NCBI GenBank assembly: GCA_034659915.1
Contig: JAYEID010000002.1
Coordinates: 2,089-66,088 of the forward strand
Length of the DNA: 64,000 bases
Direction of reading: 5' to 3'
DNA from: Patescibacteria group bacterium
GTDB taxonomy: Bacteria > Patescibacteriota > WWE3 > JAUXAW01 > JAYEID01
Shown: positions 20,781 to 29,006 of the stretch, one piece after another
Layout: each line of letters begins with the position of its first letter
Numbering within the stretch: the stretch's first letter is position 1
Notes under the pieces: model-generated
Told to the model about the DNA's origin: nothing
What the model saw: the letters and a program-made list of their open reading frames with translations, nothing else
Database searches by the model: none
Program-made: the position numbers and the translations under genes

Positions 20781-23700
20781 ATGAAAAAAACGTTGTTTGT
20801 TTTTATTTTTTACGGACTGATAACTCTTTTTTTTCTAAGAGGGGTTTTGTTTTTTCCGGGACAACCTGCTGGCGGGGATTGGGGGTTTCCATTTACTCCG
20901 GCACAAGTAAGTCGTTATTTCGAAAGTAATCTTTATACCTGGACAGATACACAGCTTTTTGGGAGCCAGCAATACTTTCTTAATGGATTACCCTTTCGAT
21001 TTTTGACTTTGGTAGTGACTAGTTTGGGTATAACATGTGATATATATGCCAAGATTCTTCTAATCGTAGCGTTTGTTTTTCCTGCATTGTCAATGTATGC
21101 CCTTTGCAACTTTCTTGGTTGTGATAGGAAAGAAAGTTTTCTGGGCGGGCTTTTTTATATTACTTTTCCCTTCGTTTTTAACTATATAGCAATGGGATGG
21201 TTATTTGTTTTGTTCTCTATGGGTATATTGCCTTTGGCTGTTGTTTTTTTTATTAAATCAGTTGAAGATAAAAACATTTTTTACGCTATCTTGACAGGAG
21301 TTTTGTATTTTCTGGCAATGATCCAATCCCAAACCCTCATTTGGTATCCTTTAGTTTTTCTTTCTTTGAGTATATTTTTTGTGGGAGAAAGAGAAAGAAT
21401 TTTTTCTTACGTCAAATCATTTTTAGTTGTTCTTTTGGTCTTTTCTGCTCTCAACACGTACCTTTGGTTACCGTTATTTTTGGGTGAGGGAAGCGGTGTT
21501 GTTTCTACAAAACTTGCGTTATCGCCAGGCAGCTTGGGAACATGGGCTAGATTGAGTTATCCAAATGTTTTAAGAGCTTGGGGTAGCTTATTTAATTATC
21601 AATATGAGTCTAGCTATCCAGTAGTTTTGACACCTTTTTCTTTTTTTATTCCCGTTTTAGCGTATTCTTCACTATTTTTAGTTTTTGGCAAAAAGAAAAA
21701 AATCGTGTTGTCTTTTGCCGCGTTGTCGTTTATACCCTTATTTCTGCTTATATTAGGCCCAGATATCATTGTAAAGCTACCCTTTTCCGATATCATCCGT
21801 GATGCTGGAAGATTTTCAGTTCTTTCCTCTTTCTCCTATGTTGTTATGGCAATTTTAACTTTGCGGGTTCTGTTTAAACAGGCTAAGGGCCATTCTAATA
21901 TATTTAAAATTGGGTTGATTATTGTTCTTGCTATTAATACGTATCCATTTTGGTCAGGTGCTCTTTATGGAGAACAAGAGCATCAATATGATATTAGGTT
22001 GCGGGGTTATGAGTTTCCTCTAGGATACACTTCTCTAGAAGAAAGTTTAAAGAACAAAAGGGGGGACATTAAAGTTTTGTATCTCCCAATTGGGGGCAGT
22101 TTAAACATTGTTGACGATAAAAGGTTTTACGGTCCCTTTAAGGAAATACAGGATATTTTTGCAGCCCTTTCGCCCAAACCGGGAGTTATTACTATTAATG
22201 ACAGAGACTTAGGTGCTGCCTCAAAATTGATTTTTCATATGAGAACGGTGCTTAAGAGCCAGCATTTTAATACCTTTGATAGTTTACTTCCTTTGATGAA
22301 TGTGCGCTATATTGCAGTTAGAGAAAATGTAAAGCATTCGCCAGGCCTTCCGGGAAAAGGACAGACTATTTTATTGAGTGAAAAGACTGATTTAAATATG
22401 GAGAACCGGTGGAGCAGAATTTCGCTATTGAAAAATGAAAGATTTATTCCTCATTTTTATGTACCTAGAACAGAAAATTACGTGGTAGGTGAAGTTTCAA
22501 TCTTGTCAGATGTTTTGGATATTTTAGAATCTCCGTTACGCACTTCAATGTATATTGTTCCTTTGGAAACAATGCAAGAGGGTTTGAGTACTCCTATTTT
22601 AAAGAAAAAAAGAACAAATGTTCTAACTCGGGCAGATAGTGTTTTGGTTGAGGCTTCTTTATTTTATTTTGATAGTTTTGATGAGGTATTGGAATGGGGT
22701 GATGGCTGGGTGTGGCCGGAAGTGAGTGTGGATCCGGATAGTTGGAAATATCCTGCGGTGAAAATTAAAGAACGTTGGGTGGAGTTCCGGGCTGGGGATT
22801 CTCTGGCGGAGGCGGATGTTTTGATTTGGCATGCGAGTAAGAAGATAGCGGAGATTGAAAAGTTCAATCCAGCGAAGGCTAAAGCCGAAAAATTGCTGGA
22901 GAATTATTTGGAGAAGGCTGGGAGGTCTGTTGATGTGCTCAAGAGTGTTCCGGAGGAAGAAAGAGACGAGGATTATTGGGGGATGGTGAATAAAGTTCTG
23001 GCGTACACTGATAAAGCTGAAGAGAAGATCGCTGAGAACACTGATGGGAAATCGGAGGAGATTAGGAAATTAAGGGATGATTTTAGGGGTTGGGTGGAGG
23101 AGGAAGGTGACTTTTGGTGTCCGGAGGAGAAGTATTGTTATGAGGTGGGTGTGCCTGAGGGCGGTCTATATACGCTGTATATAGACAAGAACACCCTTCG
23201 ATCAGACTCAGGGCAGGCAGATGACACAGATAAGGGGCAGATCGAACAGATAGATGGGGAGGCAAAGAACACGGATAATACGGATAGAGGACAGATTGAA
23301 CGGATCAATGCTGAAGTTGTTAATCTAGAACCAGTAACGGAGGAAATTGATGGAGGGCCTGTCCCCCATAGCTTTAGCGACGGGGGATGGGTGAGTTATG
23401 GGGAGTATGAGTTTGAGGAAAGTGAAGGGCAGAAAATTGTTCTGGATCTGCCGGAGATGCCTAATTTGGTTGGAACTGATTTACGAGATGTATCGTTTTC
23501 CGGCTTTTTAAGTATGCGGGATAGGTTCTTGCGCGACGAGATTCAAGATTGGCAAGCCGGTGAGAATTATAAACTTTCTTTTGATTATACGACTTTAGGC
23601 GGGGGTATTGGCGTGGCGGTTTTTGAAGAAACTTTTGATTGGGAGAAGCTTGCCGAAAGTGGGGCAGGTTACGAAGAGGTAAAGGATGATCCGGAATTTT

Positions 23701-24662
23701 TTGAAATGAATACTATTTTTAGAAAAGAATTACAAAGTCCTTCTCTGTATTTTGAAGAAGAGGGGTACCTTGACAGTTGGGAAAGTTTTGAGACGGAACT
23801 TGAACCAAGTTCTTATACCCGCGGGGCAACGCTTCTTATTTATGCTGTTCCTGATGAAGATGGGTTTACTGAGGCTGGCGCTCGGGATGTTTCGGTGCAG
23901 AGAATTTTGGAGCCCAAACTGGTTCTTAGGAAAGACGCGGAGAACGCGGATATAGATACGGAGAACGCGGACGCGGACACCGATAACGCGGATAAGGAGC
24001 TGATAACGCGGGATATTCCGAACATAAAATTTATAAGGGTTAATCCGACGAAATACAAGATTCAAGTTAGTGGGGCGACGGAGGCTTATCCGTTGGTGTT
24101 TAGTGAGAGTTTTCATGATGGATGGAAGGTTTACGCGGATAATACTGACGGGGAAACGGATAACGCGGAAAGAGACGAAGGAAAAATAGGGAATAGTGAA
24201 GAAGATAAGGGATATGGAATAGGGAATAATATAACAAGAACTTTTTGGAGCGTATTGGGAAGAGGTTTAGCTTGGATTACTGATTTGTTTTTGGATAACG
24301 GGGATTATGGAGAGGAGGTTGCCAGTTATTTTGACGGGGAAATTCGTGAGGGTACGCATAGGAATACTTTTATGGAACCGGCAACTTTTGAAACTTGGGG
24401 TAAGAAGCCTATTGAAGCAGAACATATTAAAGTGAATGGCTATGCCAACTCTTGGTACATTGATCCAACACGGATTTGCGCGGATGCAGATATATGTACG
24501 GAGAACGCGGATGGGAGTTATGATATGGAGTTGGTGGTGGAGTTTTTCCCCCAGCGTCTTTTTTACCTAGGATTACTGATAAGTAGCTTAACGCTGGTTG
24601 GTTGTGTTAGCTATTTGGGATTTGCAGTAATTAAGGGCAAAAAAGACGTGAGAAATTCATAA
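20781..24662 (+). CDS. Large GT-C-like membrane protein (YfhO/AftD-like layout) with extracellular region and several in-frame repeat insertions
   Basis: N-terminal multi-TM region (GGDW), VRYIAV, LVFSESFHDGW...VNGYANSW...PQRLFYLG C-terminal anchor. Confidence 0.75.
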   Translation: MKKTLFVFIFYGLITLFFLRGVLFFPGQPAGGDWGFPFTPAQVSRYFESNLYTWTDTQLFGSQQYFLNGLPFRFLTLVVTSLGITCDIYAKILLIVAFVFPALSMYALCNFLGCDRKESFLGGLFYITFPFVFNYIAMGWLFVLFSMGILPLAVVFFIKSVEDKNIFYAILTGVLYFLAMIQSQTLIWYPLVFLSLSIFFVGERERIFSYVKSFLVVLLVFSALNTYLWLPLFLGEGSGVVSTKLALSPGSLGTWARLSYPNVLRAWGSLFNYQYESSYPVVLTPFSFFIPVLAYSSLFLVFGKKKKIVLSFAALSFIPLFLLILGPDIIVKLPFSDIIRDAGRFSVLSSFSYVVMAILTLRVLFKQAKGHSNIFKIGLIIVLAINTYPFWSGALYGEQEHQYDIRLRGYEFPLGYTSLEESLKNKRGDIKVLYLPIGGSLNIVDDKRFYGPFKEIQDIFAALSPKPGVITINDRDLGAASKLIFHMRTVLKSQHFNTFDSLLPLMNVRYIAVRENVKHSPGLPGKGQTILLSEKTDLNMENRWSRISLLKNERFIPHFYVPRTENYVVGEVSILSDVLDILESPLRTSMYIVPLETMQEGLSTPILKKKRTNVLTRADSVLVEASLFYFDSFDEVLEWGDGWVWPEVSVDPDSWKYPAVKIKERWVEFRAGDSLAEADVLIWHASKKIAEIEKFNPAKAKAEKLLENYLEKAGRSVDVLKSVPEEERDEDYWGMVNKVLAYTDKAEEKIAENTDGKSEEIRKLRDDFRGWVEEEGDFWCPEEKYCYEVGVPEGGLYTLYIDKNTLRSDSGQADDTDKGQIEQIDGEAKNTDNTDRGQIERINAEVVNLEPVTEEIDGGPVPHSFSDGGWVSYGEYEFEESEGQKIVLDLPEMPNLVGTDLRDVSFSGFLSMRDRFLRDEIQDWQAGENYKLSFDYTTLGGGIGVAVFEETFDWEKLAESGAGYEEVKDDPEFFEMNTIFRKELQSPSLYFEEEGYLDSWESFETELEPSSYTRGATLLIYAVPDEDGFTEAGARDVSVQRILEPKLVLRKDAENADIDTENADADTDNADKELITRDIPNIKFIRVNPTKYKIQVSGATEAYPLVFSESFHDGWKVYADNTDGETDNAERDEGKIGNSEEDKGYGIGNNITRTFWSVLGRGLAWITDLFLDNGDYGEEVASYFDGEIREGTHRNTFMEPATFETWGKKPIEAEHIKVNGYANSWYIDPTRICADADICTENADGSYDMELVVEFFPQRLFYLGLLISSLTLVGCVSYLGFAVIKGKKDVRNS
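23194..23306. repeat. Intragenic CCCTTCGA..CTCAGGG palindrome plus ACAGAT/ACGGAT tandem units
   Basis: cccttcgatcagactcaggg followed by gcagatgacacagat...aacacggataatacggat; translated as LRSDSGQADDTD... Confidence 0.65.
23361..23386. repeat. Family J palindrome (intragenic, uninterrupted)
   Basis: GTCCCCCATAGCTTTAGCGACGGGGG; its reverse complement matches the host of the nested element at 48901-48946. Confidence 0.8.
23935..24014. repeat. AACGCGGAT-type tandem units in frame
   Basis: Encodes DAENADIDTENADADTDNAD; similar units at 24131-24170 and 24467-24512. Confidence 0.8.
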
Positions 24663-24668
24663 ACTATT

Positions 24669-24926
24669 ATGTTCTACGTTTATGTATTGCTGAGTGAAAA
24701 AGATGGTAAACGTTATATTGGTTATACCGAGGATTTGAGAAAGCGCGTTAAGGAACATAATTCAGGTAAAGTTAAATCAACCAGACATCGAAGACCTTTA
24801 CACTTGATTTATTATGAGGCTTGTCTAAATAAGAAAGATGCGAAGGCGAGAGAAAAGTATTTGAAAGGTGCGTGGGGATATAAATTTTTGGACAAACGCC
24901 TTAAGAATTTCTATGAAAGTTTATGA
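24669..24926 (+). CDS. GIY-YIG nuclease (small standalone)
   Basis: YVYVL...YIGYT.DL.KR..EHN.G...T..RRP..LIYYE....A.AREK.LK. Confidence 0.92.
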   Translation: MFYVYVLLSEKDGKRYIGYTEDLRKRVKEHNSGKVKSTRHRRPLHLIYYEACLNKKDAKAREKYLKGAWGYKFLDKRLKNFYESL

Positions 24927-24975
24927 ATTTCGGGGGCAAGTATCCCCGAATTTTGGGACAAAATTCTTGGGGTGG

Positions 24976-25083
24976 CCCCAGAGGCTCTTTTATCTTGGAC
25001 TTTTAATTAGTAGTGTAACTTTGCTGGGTTGCTTGAGTTATCTAGGTTATGCTCTCGTAACTAACGCTAATAAACGCGAATGA
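24976..25083 (+). pseudogene. Orphan duplicate of the 3' end of 20781..24662
   Basis: PQRLFYLGLLISSVTLLGCLSYLG versus PQRLFYLGLLISSLTLVGCVSYLG at 24549. Confidence 0.8.
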
Positions 25084-25116
25084 CTGCGCGAATTCACGCG
25101 AAATCTATAAGCAGTA

Positions 25117-25755
25117 TTAGTTCTCCTTTTTTTCATAGAAACCGGATAGTTCGTAGAGTTTATCTAAGACAGGGAGGGAGGTGTTGATGATTTTTTGCAC
25201 ATCTTCCCGTTTTAGAACTGGGTAGTAATCCAAAGGCTTACAAATAGTAAGAATTTCGTGAACTGCCTCGTAAAGCTCGTTGGAAAGGTAGCCCTTTTCG
25301 TGCAGATGCTTGGCAACATCTTCTGCCGGTTGGTCGTGAATTTTTTCTTTGTCTTTTAACCACCGTTCTTGAATTTCATAAAGCCTTTTCTTTATTTGCT
25401 GACGAATTTTTCCAGTAGTAAGGCAGGGGTTGGTGTCATCCGTTGAATTCTTTATTTTTTCTTGCACTTGGTTTTTTACGTTTTCATTTTCCACACCGTC
25501 TTTTTGGCGCAAATTGCGTACAGCCTGGCGCGCCCGCTCCAAATCTCTTTCGAAAGAAAAGAAATAGGCAATGTTCCCTTTCTTAATAGAAGGAAGAATA
25601 AGCATAATAAAAAGAATTGCTAAAAACCAGGCGGAATGGCGATCCACATTAACTAGGTTAGGAAAAAAGGTATGGAGAATAAGGATAAGGAGGACAAGTA
25701 GAGTGTAAAGCAATGCTGGTGTAATCTTGCGAAAAATATTCTTAACAATCTCCAC
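25117..25755 (-). CDS. Hypothetical membrane protein (2 TM plus helical C-terminal domain)
   Basis: 212-aa ORF with an N-terminal hydrophobic pair. Confidence 0.7.
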   Translation of the reverse strand: MEIVKNIFRKITPALLYTLLVLLILILHTFFPNLVNVDRHSAWFLAILFIMLILPSIKKGNIAYFFSFERDLERARQAVRNLRQKDGVENENVKNQVQEKIKNSTDDTNPCLTTGKIRQQIKKRLYEIQERWLKDKEKIHDQPAEDVAKHLHEKGYLSNELYEAVHEILTICKPLDYYPVLKREDVQKIINTSLPVLDKLYELSGFYEKKEN

Positions 25756-25815
25756 AATTACAAGTTAGCGCAGGATTTGTAGTATGTCAACTGTTGGACG
25801 ATTGTCCTTCAGTTC

Positions 25816-25844
25816 TTGACAAAATTCCATTTTTATTCCACAAT
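25816..25844 (+). promoter_or_regulatory. Sigma70-type promoter of the abiE operon
   Basis: TTGACA (25816-21), 17 nt, CACAAT (25839-44), then ATG at 25854. Confidence 0.5.
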
Positions 25845-25853
25845 TACTACCAA

Positions 25854-26501
25854 ATGATTAGTATTTCTGGAATAAAATACCAAGAAAAACTGGAAAAATT
25901 GCCGTATTTTAATAAAAAGACGGCGGGGATGCTTATTGGCAAAAGCGGCAAGAATTTGGATAAGAAAATACAAGCCCTTTTGGATAAGGGTTACCTTGTT
26001 TCGTTAAAAAAGGGCCTCTATGTCACTTCGACGTTTGCAGAAAAGGAGAGCAGTAAATCTCGGTATTTGGAATATTTGGCCAATGTTTTGCGCTACCCTT
26101 CTTATGTTTCCTTGGAATATATTTTAGCGAAAAACGGGTTGATTCCGGAAGCTGTTTATTCAATTACCTCCATAACTCTTAAAACCACGCGCACTTACAA
26201 AAACGAGTTAGCCAGTTTTATCTACCGCAACATTAAGGAGCCTCTTTTCTGCGGTTATAATACAAAGCGTTATTTGGATAACAAGGTTAAAATAGCTGTG
26301 CCTGCCAAAGCACTTTTTGATTTTTTGTACCTTAAAAGCGGCTTAACGGACAATTTAGAATATCAACTTTTGGAGAAACTTCGTATTAATTGGGAGCAGT
26401 TGGTTAGGCAAGATGTGGAAGAGTTCCGTGCGTTCGTTAAAAAAGCGGATTCTTCAAAGATGGAGAGTATTCTTGAAGTTTTAGAAAAGGAGGTATTTTA
26501 A
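25854..26501 (+). CDS. abiEi: Type IV toxin-antitoxin antitoxin (AbiEi-like regulator)
   Basis: LKKGLYV, YPSYVSLEYIL...GLIPE, KALFDFLY; stop overlaps the start of the next gene (TAATG). Confidence 0.8.
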   Translation: MISISGIKYQEKLEKLPYFNKKTAGMLIGKSGKNLDKKIQALLDKGYLVSLKKGLYVTSTFAEKESSKSRYLEYLANVLRYPSYVSLEYILAKNGLIPEAVYSITSITLKTTRTYKNELASFIYRNIKEPLFCGYNTKRYLDNKVKIAVPAKALFDFLYLKSGLTDNLEYQLLEKLRINWEQLVRQDVEEFRAFVKKADSSKMESILEVLEKEVF

Positions 26502-27331
26502 TGCTTGTTAACAGTCTGGCTCGCACTGTAAATGAAAATCAAGATGAACCAAAAATATTTCTCCGCAATCTTTTAAAGGAGGTATTGCAGGGGTATACAT
26601 TAAATTTTATTTATACCTCTAATTACCAAGATGACTTTCTTTTTACGGGAGGGACTTGCCTGCGTTTTTGTTTTGGTTTGAACAGGCTTTCGGAAGATTT
26701 GGATTTGGATATAAAAAACGAAGATGATTTTGAACTTGATAAATTCTTAGTAGATTTGGGAGATTATTACCAGAAAGATTTGCAGTTCAAAGATTTGGAA
26801 ATAAAGACAGCGGGTAACGAAAGGCAGGTCTACCTTAAATTCCCTGTGCTGCGGGAGCTTGGTCTTGCAGAAGATGACAGTGAAAGCAATATTCTCTTTT
26901 TGCGATTGGATATTAACCCGTTACCTTCTTTGGTTTTTAGCGAGGATGTTTCTATGTATTCCAGTGCAGACTTTAGTTTTGTGATCAGGAGATATTCTTT
27001 GGAGGACATCTTTGCTTCCAAATTGGCGGCTATCCTCACACGCGAGTTTGAAAAGGGCGGGGGTTCGGCTACTTTCAAAGGAAGAGATTATTATGATTTA
27101 ATTTGGTTTTTGCAAAAAGACGTCGAACCTAACTACGAAAGGATAGAAGACCTTACGGAGTTTGACTCGCGAGAAGTTATTTTAAAGAATCTCGATGAAA
27201 AAGTGCAAGCCGTTAGTGAGCGTGCTTTGGAAGCGGATCTTTTGCCTCTTTTTGATAACCCGGATTTTGTAAAGGATTTTTCTCGTCAATTTAAAGAGCT
27301 TTATTCGGAGCTCCGCCCCCGTTTAGCTTAA
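26501..27331 (+). CDS. abiEii: AbiEii-family nucleotidyltransferase toxin
   Basis: FTGGTCLR..GLNRLSEDLD, SKLAAIL.R, KGRDYYDL. Confidence 0.88.
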   Translation: MLVNSLARTVNENQDEPKIFLRNLLKEVLQGYTLNFIYTSNYQDDFLFTGGTCLRFCFGLNRLSEDLDLDIKNEDDFELDKFLVDLGDYYQKDLQFKDLEIKTAGNERQVYLKFPVLRELGLAEDDSESNILFLRLDINPLPSLVFSEDVSMYSSADFSFVIRRYSLEDIFASKLAAILTREFEKGGGSATFKGRDYYDLIWFLQKDVEPNYERIEDLTEFDSREVILKNLDEKVQAVSERALEADLLPLFDNPDFVKDFSRQFKELYSELRPRLA

Positions 27332-27401
27332 TTTTTTTTGTTATTTTCTATTCCTTATTTTCTATTTCCCATTTCCTATTGATTATGCTATAGTTACGGT
27401 A

Positions 27402-27968
27402 ATGAAGCGATTGCTGGCGGTGACATTTTTGGGGCTCTTTTTTGCTGGGGATGTGTATGCCGGGGAGATTTTGGAGGAGGCGGCGCGGGTTTCCGGGGAA
27501 TTTGGCCGTAAAGATATTAAGCTGGCGGAAGAAGCCCAGGCGGGGGGGATTTATAAACTTCCGTCCATTTCAGTAAAAAATACAGGAACCAACGAAGAAC
27601 GGTTCCAGGTTGACATTGTCTTTTTGGGTAGTGAGGGAGAAGGCTCTGGTGTTTCCTGGCTTAATGTGGAACCTTGGCGAATCACGCTTGACGCGGGAGA
27701 GGAAGCGGATGTAAAGCTGGGGCTAAAAGTTCCTGCCGGGGCGCGGGCAGGGGAATATAATTATCACTTAGAACTTAGGCGGGTATTGGAAGACGGCAAG
27801 GCGCACCCCAATCCGATGGATACTGCCGATATTCGGTTTAATGTGGAGGAGGGAAGTTTTTTTTCTGCAGTGAAGAGGAGGGTATCTTCTTACTTTAGTG
27901 CTAACCCAACGATGAGTCTTGTGGTTGCAGGGATTTTAATAGTTATTGCCATTAGTTTTCTTTGGTAA
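27402..27968 (+). CDS. Exported Ig-like-domain protein with C-terminal TM anchor
   Basis: Signal peptide (VYA), VKNTG, VPAGARAGEY beta-sandwich motifs. Confidence 0.7.
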   Translation: MKRLLAVTFLGLFFAGDVYAGEILEEAARVSGEFGRKDIKLAEEAQAGGIYKLPSISVKNTGTNEERFQVDIVFLGSEGEGSGVSWLNVEPWRITLDAGEEADVKLGLKVPAGARAGEYNYHLELRRVLEDGKAHPNPMDTADIRFNVEEGSFFSAVKRRVSSYFSANPTMSLVVAGILIVIAISFLW

Positions 27969-27986
27969 GACGGTGTGGAAGATACT

Positions 27987-28135
27987 GGATAAGAAATAAG
28001 AAATAGGGAATAATGGATAATGAATAGGAAATAAGAGATAAGGAATAATAAATAAGGGATATAGGGAATAAGAAATAGGGGATAGGGAATACTAAATACT
28101 AGATACCAAATACTAAATACCAAATACTGAATACG
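27987..28135. repeat. Long heptamer array (RAATAAG then AAATACT), about 20 units
   Basis: ggataag-aaataag-aaatagg-gaataat...aaatact-agatacc-aaatact. Confidence 0.9.
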
Positions 28136-28140
28136 ATTTA

Positions 28141-28533
28141 ATGGTGAAATTTATAAAAATCATAAAGACAAAGATCAGAAGTTTGTTTGCGTTAATTAAG
28201 GGTAAGTTGGGGCCGTTTCGTTACTATCTTTTGGCATTTACAGCCCTCGGGATTTTTGTGGATACCTTCTTTTTTGACTTTACCTCTGATTTGGTTATTT
28301 TGTTTTTTATTTTTCTTTGGATTATGGCAAGCTGGCTTTTTTCTTTTGAAGGGAGGGTTTCGGTGGGGGTTGGCCTTGGGTTCTTGGTGCTTTGCCCCTT
28401 TCTTTTAATTTTTAAGGCGGATTTTATTGCAGAAAAGGCAGCTGTTTGGGCGTATATGTTTCTTTTGGTGGGTGTTGTACATGAAATCATTGAGTTTAGG
28501 GAGGAAAGAACGCAGGAAGCAAATACTAAATAG
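28141..28533 (+). CDS. Small 4-TM membrane protein
   Basis: 130-aa hydrophobic ORF (LCPFLLIF...AEKAAVWAY). Confidence 0.75.
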   Translation: MVKFIKIIKTKIRSLFALIKGKLGPFRYYLLAFTALGIFVDTFFFDFTSDLVILFFIFLWIMASWLFSFEGRVSVGVGLGFLVLCPFLLIFKADFIAEKAAVWAYMFLLVGVVHEIIEFREERTQEANTK

Positions 28534-28960
28534 TAAATAGTAAATAATAAATAAGAAATAATGAATAAAAAATAGGGAATAATGGATAAGGAATAAGAAG
28601 ATACGTTGTTCCATTGTTCTAGGGCTCGATTGCTAGATACAAACGTTAATGAACGCGAATACTACAAACACGAATCTACGCGAATCAAAAGCGAATAAAC
28701 GCGAATGTAGATTATTGGTGTACTAGTTAGCTGGGTATGAAAAGAAACCTAAGCTCCCGTCATTCTGGAACGGAGGTTGTCAAGGCGGAGTGATAGAATC
28801 TCGGCCCAAAGGGCCGGACGGGAGCGGATAAAAGGAAGACTCTATCAGGCTCGGGGGACCGAGCCTTCCAGAGTGACTGCCTTTTTGTACAAGTTACTAG
28901 TTACGAGTTGCCAGTTACTAAATACTACATACTAAATATTAAATATTAAATATTAAATAG
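28521..28960. repeat. Intergenic repeat cluster: heptamers (28521-28600), AACGCGAAT units (28638-28706), family D element (28759-28877), GTTACTA/AAATATT heptamers (28888-28960)
   Basis: The D element has ends GTCATTCTGGAA / TTCCAGAGTGAC, inner GATAGAATCT / AGACTCTATC and nested hairpins. Confidence 0.85.
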
Positions 28961-29006
28961 GGATATCAAGTAATGGGTTGCTAACTATTAACTACCAAAA
29001 AAACCA

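Noticed and set aside
24868-25083. 71-aa ORF as an independent gene
   Set aside because: Its 5' half overlaps the GIY-YIG gene out of frame; only the duplicated 3' fragment is meaningful.
28759-28877. Integron attC site or tRNA-like RNA
   Set aside because: No RYYYAAC/GTTRRRY ends, no integrase and no cloverleaf or T-loop; it fits the family D repeat.
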